64,000 nucleotides of DNA from Eledone cirrhosa (Eukaryota), in the NCBI GenBank assembly GCA_964016885.1, contig OZ024743.1:115320001-115384000 (forward strand), in the 5' to 3' direction. The position numbers were made by a program, and so were the translations under genes. Shown piece by piece: positions 1 through 12,719 of this stretch (position 1 is its first letter; every line of letters starts with the position of its first letter). The notes under the pieces were generated by a model. That model worked only from the letters and a program-made list of their open reading frames with translations, was not told the DNA's origin and searched no databases.

Positions 1-1282
1 TGCTGTGGTCAGTTGGTGCTGAGACAGTGGTCGGAAGGGCATAGCAGCAGTCGGCGGAATGGTAGGGAGGCGAGGATGGGTAGGTGTGAGAGTTGGAGTG
101 AGGAGGGTGTGTGTGTGTGTGTGTATTAGTAGGGGTGTTAGTGGGATGAGTGAGTGTGGAGCGGGGAGAGAAGGGTGTGTGTGGTTCTATGGAGGGAGTG
201 TGGTGTACTGGTGTGTGTGTAGTTTGGTGAAGAGGTGTTAGTGGGTGTTAGTATACGGGAGGTGGGGAGGGGTGGAATGCAGGTGTGAGTGGGGGTTAGT
301 GGGGGTAGGGTGTGTAGAGTTGGTGGTGTACGAGGGTGTGTGGGTACGTGTGCGTGGGGTTGGAGGGTGTTAGTGATGTTAGTTGCGTGTGGGGGGGGCG
401 GTGAAAAGGAGGGGTGTGTTAGTGGTGTTAGTGGGGGATAAGTGTGGGGGGAGGGGGCGGTCGAACGCTAAAGGAATAAGGGTGGGGAGTTCAGGCCGGG
501 GGGAGTGTGGGTCTGTAAGATGAAGATAGTGCGTTGTTCGACCGTAAGGCGATGGGCGGGTGTTCCGTGGCACTGGAGTAGGCCACAGACTGTGAGATGG
601 CGTGCGGAGTGTCCAGGGCCACCAAAGTGGCGGGCGATGGGGGAACTTCCCCCGAGACGAATATCCCGGAGGTGCTCCGTGACTCGGTCCGCCAGGCGAC
701 GTCCCGTCTGTCCGATATAAGTCGCGCTGCACTCCGTGCAACGAAGTCCGTAGACTAGGTTGGAGGAGGTGCAGCGGAAGGCATGCCGGACCGAGAGAGG
801 GTGGCCGTTGGGACCCTGGAAGGTGGTGGTGTTGGTGATGTGGGGACAGGTGTTGCAGCGGGGCCTAGAATAGGGGAAGGAACCGGGGGGGGGGGGGTTG
901 GGGGGTAGGGAGCTGTGGACGAGGAGGGTGCGGAGATTGCGTGCGCGTTCGAAGGAGGGGAGTGGTGGGGTTGGGAAGATGTGGGAGGTGGAGGGGTCGG
1001 ACTGGAGGCGTCGGAAGAGGTGGCGGATGGTGCGGTGGAGGGGTAAGGTGGAGGGGTGGTAGGTGATGGGGAAGGGGAGACGGAGGGTGGGTGTGCGGTG
1101 GCGTGGGGTGAGGGTGGTGGAGCGGGGGATAGCACGGGCGTGGGTGAGAGCGGTGTGGACGAGAGAGGGGGGGTAACCTCTGCGGATGAAATGGCTGACT
1201 AGGGAAAGGGCCTGGGGCTCGAAGTCAGCATCTCGGCTGCAGAGGCGGCGGATCCTGAGAAGTTGGGAGTAGGGAATGGAGA
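1..1282 (-). mobile_element. 5'-truncated Neptune-type Penelope-like element (RT thumb, Cys linker, GIY-YIG endonuclease, C-rich 3' region running off the window start)
   Basis: ORF 468-1343(-) has SIPYSQLLRIRRLCS, RPRCNTC, LVYGLRCTECSATYIGQTGRRLADRVTEH and PPGLN; similar to the copy at 12.6-16.8 kb; the 5' end abuts (TA)n at 1283. Confidence 0.92.
468..1282 (-). pseudogene. PLE ORF C-terminal remnant (GIY-YIG domain)
   Basis: Open frame with VY...YIG motifs; the first ~20 aa of the listed ORF are microsatellite-derived. Confidence 0.88.
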
Positions 1283-1319
<37 letters not shown>

Positions 1320-2730
1320 TTGGTAGAGGAGATTTAGTGACAAAGTTAGGTTAATTCGGAACTAGATTGATCCATATATAACTTTATCATGAATAAAGAA
1401 CGAATATCTATTCATACTTCTAGATGTGAGTGAGATAGTATATAAAATGCTATTGCAAAGCTGTTAGTCAGAAATTTGTACTAGAGATTATGGCTGTTTC
1501 CTCCTTCTCTAAGGACATTATCTTAAAGAGTATGCGAGATGATACATAAAATTCAATATTTTCAACTACATTATCATTTCAGAAATACAATTTCATTGAA
1601 GACGAATCACATCGTACTGAATTTTATTCTTTTCGCCTTTTAACCTTGTAAGATTTGAAGGTGTTTATCCAACTTGTACGTATTTGAAAGTGTTTATCCA
1701 ACTTCAGTAGATGCTTATTTACAATGTAATATATGTATGGGTCTGTAAATACTGATTGAGTAGTGGGGGCCGCCGTAGTTATATGTGGCGTGTTGTCGAT
1801 ATTTTAGACCTGGTGAATACCTCCCTCCCAACGTATACACATCGCCAATATTTCCAGAGAAAATGATCTAGCAAAAGAATCATACTCAGTACTGGAGTGG
1901 TAATTATTTACCGAACTCGAATGGATGAAAGGCAAGGTTATGGTGAAATATATGTGTATGTAACATACATTATGGAATAATTGTATTACTGATGATATCT
2001 TTCTTTCTTTATTATGCAATACTAAAGTGTGCTGGATAGGCAGAATTGTTAGATAGTCGGACGAATGCTCTGTCGTATTTCTTACGGTAATTGGTTCAAA
2101 TACTGTCAAGGTAAAATTCGTTTTTGATCATTTTATGGTTTGAAAGGAAGTGGATTCACAATATCAATAAAGAGCCGGACAACGTGCTTTGGGGAGTACC
2201 ATGACAAAAAGTGCCCCAAAACGTGGAGAAATGAAGTAACATGGGAAGAATTTACATAATGAAAGCTATACCCATTTTCACAAGAGAAGACATCTCTCAG
2301 CCACCCAAAGTAGGTGGAATCCCTCCCTCTCGGACGGGGAAATGTGACAGGTTTGCATATAGTTACATCCTTTTGCGTTATGTGTTCAAATCACACGGTG
2401 TTTAGCTTTGCCTCTATTAAAAAACATTCCCCACCCCGACATTGTTGGTTTTGTTTCTAAATCAGAATCCATTATTTTATGGTTTAATAAAATAAAGTAA
2501 CAGTCGATTGCTCGATCGATTTAATCAACCATCCTTTTTCCTAAATTGTTGGACTTATATATATTAGAAACCATACTGCATTACTAAGACTTCAGACACT
2601 TTACACTAAATCCAGACGCACTAATATCTGTAAAAACAAACGCGCCGACAGGTAATTCTATATATAAGGGTAATGTTTCCTCCTAGCTGTAAACGAGAAC
2701 TTTAAGGTTGAATATTTCTTGTATTTCTAA

Positions 2731-3226
2731 CATTCGTCATATTCATTAAGACAGTGATTTTCCGTGTCAATATATATATATTACCACAACTTACAAGAAA
2801 ACCATTTATGTTCCAGCCTTTTTCTTTCCGATCCTCCTTTACAACAAACTACTTTTTGATCTCCTAATTCAATCAGGTTTATATTTCAGACGTTCAGATA
2901 TTTCAGACAGTCATATGATACATTAATTTAAGCATATAATATTTTCATTTAGAAATTATACTCTTATTTTCTACAAAACGATTACGTCTAGCACAGAGAT
3001 ATTATGATTCTTACTTCTTTACACTTTGAAATATATATCGTCGTTGTGACACAACCTTGTCTGCCTACCCCAACACTTACCCCTCTCCACACCCTACTCA
3101 TTAAGTTGGTCCGTTTTATTATTTATCATATCTAATATTCTCGTATATATCTTTTCAGGAAAAGAAGCACGTTTAACCATATCCAGTTATATTCAATGTT
3201 ATTGCCCCCCACCCACTCTCTGCCAC

Positions 3227-3230
<4 letters not shown>
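2731..3230 (+). repeat. ~500 bp dispersed repeat, copy 1 (copy 2 at 11668-12181), probably a decayed retroelement 3' part
   Basis: Near-identical text from cattcgtcatattcattaagacagtg to cccactctctgccactctg in both places; each is followed by (TA)n. Confidence 0.85.
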
Positions 3231-3292
<62 letters not shown>

Positions 3293-3339
3293 CATATATA
3301 TATACATATATATATACATATATTTATATACATATATAT

Positions 3340-3395
<56 letters not shown>

Positions 3396-3402
3396 TTTGT
3401 TA

Positions 3403-3451
3403 GTTCCAGAAGATCCTGTTAAGGGTGAAAGCAGCGATTCTTTGCTTAAAC
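3403..3451 (+). ncRNA. Degenerate hammerhead motif in an ~80 bp island between (TA)n tracts (solo PLE terminus)
   Basis: gttc-CAGAAGA-tcct/aggg-t-GAAA-gca...tgc-TT-aaac; U4 position mutated. Confidence 0.5.
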
Positions 3452-3472
3452 TTTAATCTATTATTTTAATAA

Positions 3473-3509
<37 letters not shown>

Positions 3510-3515
3510 ATATAT

Positions 3516-3667
<152 letters not shown>

Positions 3668-3701
3668 CATGCATACGTGTATATATATACATATACATAA
3701 A

Positions 3702-3737
<36 letters not shown>

Positions 3738-3777
3738 CAATAATTCAGCTTGATGATATATAGGTGACTATATATAA

Positions 3778-3869
<92 letters not shown>

Positions 3870-3937
3870 ATGTATATGTATATATATATTCTAATTAAAT
3901 AAATATATATATATATATGGATATATATATACATATG

Positions 3938-4104
<167 letters not shown>

Positions 4105-4300
4105 ATATACAATATGCTGAAAAGGTAACACTAGAGAGAGATACAGTGCCTCTCTCTGGTGTGTTACCTTTTCAACATATTGTATTTTAAAGAGCTCAGG
4201 ATTTCCTCTCCTTTGAGCACATTATCTACAGGCAATGACGAGTGTCTATCGTGATATATATATATATATATATATACACATAGAAATGTGTACGAACACT

Positions 4301-4488
<188 letters not shown>

Positions 4489-4490
4489 TT

Positions 4491-5086
4491 ATGTCAGGTC
4501 ACCAGTTGGTGCTACTGGTTATATGTATCCCAATGCAACATGTCTCATGGTCGGGTCGTTGGCGACTAAACTGGCAACCCCAGCAAGGTTTCTGACTTTG
4601 GACATCCTGCAGGACTAAAAACAAAACCTTTCAAAGGGCAAAGGAGCTCTTAAGAGTCAATGGCCATCCAAAATCACCGGGAGAGATGACCCTTAGCCTT
4701 TGTCAAGGCAGAATTCTAGGAGAAGGAAAACTCTGATATAACGCCTGCAACCCTGATGGTATCCAATGATGTTGACTTGTTCTTCTTTTTGGTAAATATC
4801 ATCTTGGTTAAGAGAGTGGGACTGGCTTTGTGTAGTGCCTTTGCTCACTATAAAAGCTTCAGGTCACAGGCATTGCTTTATATCTGAAGATCTCTCTGCA
4901 CTTGTCATCACATGGTACCATGGGCCCAGCACTATGTGTCAATAATTGTCAAAAGTGTAGTGTTTGTACCAGAGTTTTCAAGTCGCTCGCTGGACTAAAA
5001 AGTCACACTCGTTCAGCGCATCCGTAGGGGTTCTCCTACATGGATATAAAGTAGTGGCCGTACTCGAAAACGAGTTGGCAGCCACC
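4491..5086 (+). mobile_element. Internally deleted RTE-type non-autonomous element (5'UTR-like part plus ORF C-terminal C2H2 finger and 3' end)
   Basis: tctaggagaaggaaaactctga near 4716-4737 resembles RTE 5'UTRs; 4953-5027 reads [24 protein letters not shown], like the RTE terminal Zn finger; flanked by (TA)n. Confidence 0.65.
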
Positions 5087-5173
<87 letters not shown>

Positions 5174-5174
5174 C

Positions 5175-5213
<39 letters not shown>

Positions 5214-5247
5214 AGTATTGGTTACCTCCGATTCAACCCGGAATAAC

Positions 5248-5307
<60 letters not shown>

Positions 5308-5507
5308 GTGTATATATGTGTATGTATGTGTATATGTATATATATGTATGTATATATATATATATGTATATATATGTATATATATATATATATACATATA
5401 TATTTATATATATATATAGATGTATATATATATACATACATATGTGTATATATATATACATATATGTATAAATATCTATGTATATATATATATATACACA
5501 TATATAT

Positions 5508-5594
<87 letters not shown>

Positions 5595-5603
5595 CATACA
5601 TAT

Positions 5604-5706
<103 letters not shown>

Positions 5707-5833
5707 AAATTCAGCTTGATGATATATAGGGGGCTATATATGAATAAATATATAATATATAATATATCTAAATAAATATATATATATATATTAATTCCGT
5801 CAATATTACACAAATATGACCCTCCCCAAGTAT

Positions 5834-5872
<39 letters not shown>

Positions 5873-6021
5873 TATGTATATATATACATATATATATATA
5901 TACACATATAAATGTGTACACACACTCATTTTTATGTATATATATACATATATATGTATATAGATATATAGATATATATCTATATACATGTATGTATGTA
6001 TATGTGTATATATATTCTAAT

Positions 6022-6149
<128 letters not shown>

Positions 6150-6892
6150 TACATACATATATATATATAGAAATGACCCAGCAGATAGGCAAATCAGAGA
6201 GGCCAGTGAAATAGAAATTAGAAGACCAAGGCTAAACAGAAATAATGAATGGAATAACAACAACACCCAAACAAACAACACTGACCTAAGAGACGAATAA
6301 ATAAGTAAATAAAATAAAATAAATAAATAAATAAATACATACACAAGCAGAATAACAACAAGCACATAAACACACACTAGTCACCCATCACACAGCAAAC
6401 AAAACACTATACACACACACACACGCATGCGCAAAGGAGACAAAATAAAATAAACCAACAAGCAAATAAATAAATAAATATATAGACAGACTGAATAAAA
6501 ATGGCGTAGACATACAATACAACAGGAGGGGTATATAACACCACTGACGATGTTGCAGATGTGCAACGAAAGATTTAATATAAACTATATATATGTGTTT
6601 GCGTCTATATAGCATCTGTATTATTTTTGACCGACGGTCAGTCAATGGCAACATTGACGACCGAGTAATTTAGATTACCGATATAAAAGACACAGAAGCG
6701 AGAAGCGAAAACCAACCAAACAGTGAGTGTGTTCTGTTATTAATTCTGGCAATATTACACAAATATGACCCTCCCCAAGTATAACAATATATATATATAT
6801 ATATATACACATATGCATATATATATATACATATATATATATATACACACATATAAATGCGTACACTCACTCATATTTATGTATATGTATAC

Positions 6893-6941
<49 letters not shown>

Positions 6942-7084
6942 TATATATATATATACATATATAAAAAAAATACACATATAAATGTGTACACACACTCATA
7001 TTTATGTATATATATACATATATATGCATAATAAAATAAAGTTAAATAAAAAGTCAAATGATTAAAATTTAGCTTCGTTTATTA

Positions 7085-7136
7085 CTGGTATATATATTTC
7101 AGTGACAGCCATCTTTGGCTGTGACCTCTTCAGGCT
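7085..7136 (-). ncRNA. Minimal hammerhead motif in a solo PLE terminal fragment (~7030-7255)
   Basis: Minus strand CTGAAGA-g-gtcacagcca/tggctgtcac-t-GAAA-tatata-TA; stem I not convincingly paired. Confidence 0.55.
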
Positions 7137-7250
7137 GTTTGAATTAGTATGGTATAGACAAGTACATATATGTTGTTGAGGTGTATAATATTTTCAATAC
7201 TCTGATATGCCCAGTTCCTGGTTGGGTTGTTATTTCACTGAGGAACTGGA

Positions 7251-7285
<35 letters not shown>

Positions 7286-7308
7286 TTATGTAAATATATA
7301 TATATACA

Positions 7309-7470
<162 letters not shown>

Positions 7471-7917
7471 CATATACATACATATATATGTACATACATA
7501 TGATATATAGAGTCACCTATATATCATTAAGCTGAATTTCTTGCAAAATTTACCAATTCATATTCATTGAACTTTGCAACTTCAGATTTCTTATGGTAAC
7601 TTTCTTCATAAAAATTCTCAAATCAGATAAATCTTTTTCATTCTTTGATAATTAATAAAAACCGGTAAATTTAAAGATGAATCTCACAAATTTTCTTTGC
7701 ATTCGGCTTATATTCATAAATTCAACAATAATTATTGATATTTTCATATGTTCGCCATTATCTAGAATACTATTAATTTTATTACTAATTTTATTACTTT
7801 CCGACAGATCTTTAGAGGTAAACTATCCCTGATTTGATAATTCCAGCAGTTTTATGTACAAATAAAGACAGATGCACACACTCGTACACATATAAACAAA
7901 CATACATAGCCCCAACA

Positions 7918-7993
<76 letters not shown>

Positions 7994-8067
7994 GTATATA
8001 TATAAATATATATGTATATATATATATATGAAATATAAGAATCAAAGAACTGTTCAAAACATTATTG

Positions 8068-8114
8068 TGCTTACAGCTGTTTCCTCCAAACCGAGGTTTG
8101 GATTCTTCGGAGCA
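8068..8114 (-). ncRNA. Minimal type I hammerhead (U4C variant) at the Naiad 3' end
   Basis: TGCT-CCGAAGA-aTCCAAAC ctcg GTTTGGAg-GAAA-cagctg-TA-AGCA; stem I TGCT/AGCA; palindromic stem III. Confidence 0.8.
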
Positions 8115-9557
8115 ATTTATTAATGCATGGACAGTTATATGACCTCCTTTTCAGCCGAGAGACATACCAATACATATTCAAACATTGATACATATTCAAA
8201 CATTGTGGGTCAACATTCATTACAGAATTTAGAGTGGCAGTACACACTTCGAGATTACATTTATATTAATAGGTACAATCAAAAATCAAAGATATAGGTT
8301 AAAGTACAACATGAAGATAAGTGGTTATATAGTGCAAATGTTATATGTATGGTACGCATGTGCGTCTTGTTTATATAGTGTGGCAGAGAGATATGTGTGG
8401 TAGAGGCACTTAGGTAGGTAAATAAGAGTGTTAGGTTGGTAGATCTGGTGGCAAAGTCTTTATATGATTGATATAGTCTGTGTGTGGAGAAATATTATAA
8501 GCATTAAAGATAGTGCAAGCATTAAAAGTGTTATAAGTATTGGAGATGCACAGGGCAGGGATGTCAAGAAATTCGTGTACTTCGGCATTTTCATGGTCAA
8601 GGGAGTGTATATTTCGATTATATGCCTTTCACATAATCCACGACAATCCAGTTAGGGATCGTAGTCTGGTGTTCTTTAGTTCGATACAGGTGGTTGTTAC
8701 GTTTCGAGAAACGCCATTGAATACCGGAAGTGTGTGTGTGGCTAAGGGGAGTTAATGCATGCGGGGAGGTAACTCTGGGGTTTCTATATCTAGCCATTAA
8801 AATGTGTCCCAATATAGACCCTAAATTCTATGGTGAGGTGCACCTTCCAAGAGAGACTTTTAAAGCATAAAGTGTACTAACTATAGAGTAGTTTAACTAA
8901 ATTATGCTGAAGGTGATCATATTATTATTAAGGTGGATTAACCCATCTTAAGGTGCTACAAATGGAAATTATAGATGATGAGCGAGTATTCTAAATTAAT
9001 GATCTCTGTGGTTGTAGTCTGCTCATATGACCAGGCGCGGTGATTGCAGGATTGCTTCAGGACCCAATGATCTCTGGTAAGATCTGGGTCATCGCTTGCT
9101 ACATTGGATGTCGAAAGATAATCGTCCCCAGGCATGCCAAAGGTCAATCCGCAGTCCTCGCGACCCCTCTCTGACCGTCAGAACATCCATATACGTACAA
9201 CCCGCACGGCAGTTGCATTGCATTCACTCACTGCGCTCAGCAGCCCGGTCCTACTGGTCAACAGCGCTACTCGATTAAATCATTTTACATCTGTCTAAGG
9301 AAGGCGTTTCCTCTGCCCAACACCATCCAACCGATCAATTCATGCTCAAATTACCCTTAGAGCGGTGTAGTGCCGTCCAAGTGGGTGGATGTTGTCTCAC
9401 CTGCCGTAGAGGTATAAATGGGTATTTTCCCTGCGAAGGGTTCCAGAGGGATGTCGTTGTTTGTGTTATAATGGATCAGCTAGTGTTGGGTATGTAGTAT
9501 AGGGTGTGTCTCTGGTGTTTGATGCTAGATGTGGTGTTAGGTTCCAGTCCGACATTG

Positions 9558-11146
9558 CTATATATAGGGCTTAAAGTTTTGGAAGGAATGTCTGAGGCGG
9601 TGCTGGCAAGTTGCAAACACCTCAGATTTTTTGTTAAGTAGGTTACGGTTGGAGAAGATAATATTGTGTGTCTCTAGTATACAGAGGTTACAGAATTTAT
9701 TAGGTGGTTTGTACGAGGTCGCGCTGCCTATCACTTCCCATTTGAGTGTGTATGGTTTATTTTTAGATTTTAGATAGTGTATGTAGCTAGAAAGTGAGGT
9801 GGAGTTGGCTAGGCTGTGCTTTTTGAACGAGTGGATGTGCGAGTTATATCTGATTTTGAAGCAGTTAGAAGTGGAGCCTACATAGGTTTCTGAAGAGTTA
9901 TTAGTCGTGACTGTGCATGAGTATATGACATCCTTGGTTAGGCATTTTTTATCTAAAGGGCAGGTTCTATTAGCTCTACAGTTACAATTATTCTGTGCGT
10001 TAGTCCGCTGGTTATAATGCAATGCGGAAGTCTGTGTGGTGGATATAGGATTTGGGGTGTTCGGGTTGGCAACCCTGGTGTTATTACTTATACTAGTGTT
10101 ATTTCTATTGTTACTGCCGTTGCTATTATTGCTTGCTACAGTGGTATTTAGAGGGTTTGCATCCCGTTGTGATTTTGTTTGTTGGAAGTAAGAACTAATT
10201 TTACTATTATTGCTGCTAGCTATGTGGTATGCTAAGTTAGGCGTCGTAGAGTATGAGATTTTAATGGTGTTTTTGTTTAAGAGGTTGTGGTACTTGTGTC
10301 CTAGAGGGAAGTTTTTATCTAGTAGTGAGAAGAAAGCCCTAGGTATGTTGGTGGAGACATTTAGGTTGAAGGGAGGGTTGAAAAATGTATTATTTCTTCT
10401 TCTATTTTTGCTTTTAGTGTTTGGTGTGTTGCTTCCTCCTAAGGCCTCACAGTAGTTTCCATGGTAATGGTTACTTCCTGTGGCACCCTCCGCTTTGGTG
10501 TACTTGTGGTTGCTATTCCTATTATTAGATTTCCTCATGGACATGTTGTGCGAGATTATGTTGTAGCTATGTGTTTTCTTAGGTAGGAACTCAATTTCTA
10601 TATTATGGCCCGAGCTAGCTAATGCTTGATTGTAATATTGTGAGTTTTTGCTAAATATGTTTGCGTCATAGGACAGACTAGAGATTCTATTGGACACCCC
10701 CTTAGAGATAGAGTTTAATATTGATCTAGGGTGATTCGACTTGGTATCTACGTAAATAAGTTTCTCATTAGGCTTATGGAAAGGTGTATATATTTTTGAG
10801 TCTAGGTATAGTGTGGCGTCTAGGAAGTTAACATTTTTAGTGTTTTTGTCCATGGTGATACTAAGGTTAAAGTTTTTGAATGTCTTATGCAGTTGTTTTC
10901 TAGTTCTTTCTATATTAAATTTTTTATATTCTATGAGTAGAAGTGCATCATCGCGGTACAAACCACCGTTGAGGTAAGGGAGGTCTTTATGGATTTCATT
11001 GAGGAGGTATAGGCCGACCAAATCAGTGACCTGCGCCGAGTCGCTAGATCCCATGGTTATGTCGAAGTTGTTGTGCGTATCCTTGCGTGTCCATAGTTGG
11101 TCCTCGAAGGTGATTATGGTTTTACGGGCCGCAAGGATGACATCAA
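9558..11146 (-). CDS. Uninterrupted C-terminal ~530 codons of a PLE RT/GIY-YIG ORF (N-terminus lost by truncation)
   Basis: ORF track 9558-11054; frame continues upstream as VDVILAARKTIITFEDQLWTRKDTHNNFDIT. Confidence 0.88.
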
Positions 11147-11459
11147 CCTATATTTCATATAACTGCTCTGTAAATCATCTGATGTTTTTACATTGAGCTA
11201 CTTAACTTACTGGTAATAAGGTAGTAATACATTACTGCCTACCACTATTTAGGGTGTGTGTAAAATACTTACAACTGCTTAAGGTTTTGTGTTTACATAA
11301 CCATAAATAGTATAACTAATACTATATATATATATAAATATATAAATATATATATGTATATATACAAATATATATATATATATATAAATATATATATGTA
11401 TGTATATATACAAATATATATGTATATATATATATATATAAATATATATATGTATATAT

Positions 11460-11509
<50 letters not shown>

Positions 11510-11667
11510 GAATGGCAGAGTGAGAAATAGAGAGGAGGGAAGATAGATAGATTGAGAGGGTGAGTGATAGATAAATGTTTCAAATGAAATAAATAGTTCA
11601 TCAATGGTGTCTGACATACTGAGATACTTCAGGCTATCTCTTCCGCCAGTCTTCTCTCTCATTTTAG

Positions 11668-12177
11668 CATTCGTCATATTCATTAAGACAGTGATTTTTC
11701 GTGTCAATATATATATATTACCAAAACTTACAAGAAAACCATTTCATGTTCCAGCCTTCTGCTTTCCGATACTCCTTTACAACAAACTACTTTTTGATCT
11801 CCTAATTCAATCAGGTTTATATTTCAGACGTTCAGATATTTCAGACAGTCATATGATACATTAATTTAAGCATATAATATTTTCATTTAGAAATTATACT
11901 CTTATTTTCTACAAAACGATTACGTCTAGCACAGAGATATTATGATTCTTACTTCTTTACACTTTGAAATATATATCGTCGTTGTGACACAACCTTGTCT
12001 GCCTACCCCAACACTTACACCTCTCCACACCCTACTCATTAAGTTGGTCCGTTTTATTATTTATCATATCTAATATTCTCGTATATATCTTTTCAGGAAA
12101 AGAAGCACGTTTGACCATATCCAGTTATATTCAATGTTATTTCGCCCCCACCCCCACCCCACCCCACTCTCTGCCAC

Positions 12178-12181
<4 letters not shown>
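11668..12181 (+). repeat. ~500 bp dispersed repeat, copy 2
   Basis: Matches 2731-3230; its upstream 11624-11661 also matches 22367-22410. Confidence 0.85.
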
Positions 12182-12241
<60 letters not shown>

Positions 12242-12279
12242 TATATACATAAATATATATATACATAAATATATATACA

Positions 12280-12314
<35 letters not shown>

Positions 12315-12413
12315 GTATATATATATACGTATATATGTATATACATATATATATGTATATATATATATATACATACATGTGTATATATATATACATATAT
12401 ATAAATATGTATG

Positions 12414-12464
<51 letters not shown>

Positions 12465-12549
12465 GTATATATGTATATACATATATATATATGTATATAT
12501 ATATATACATACATGTGTATATATATATACATATATATATATATGTATG

Positions 12550-12580
<31 letters not shown>

Positions 12581-12719
12581 CTGTTTGATTTTCTTCCCCC
12601 TCTCTGCCCTTCATTTGCACTCACCTCTTCGTTGCACCCAACCCCATTCCCGCTACACACCTTCCTTCTCATTCCTCCCCCTGCTTTCACTCCACCCCAC
12701 CTTGCCCAGCCTGAGATCC

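Larger units (their letters stand above)
8030..11146 (-). mobile_element. 5'-truncated Naiad-type Penelope-like element with ~1.5 kb 3' region ending in an HHR and (TA)n
   Basis: FDITMGSSDSAQVTDLVG, GGLYRDD, VNFLD, SNHP, FNPPF, CNCR..CPL..CL, VIY...YVG, CNLC, LLNKKSE...CQH match the Naiad-type RT plus GIY-YIG layout. Confidence 0.93.

Noticed and set aside
1485-1530. Possible decayed HHR on the minus strand (tcctt/aagga-g-GAAA-cagcca-TA)
   Set aside because: CUGANGA core not recognisable.
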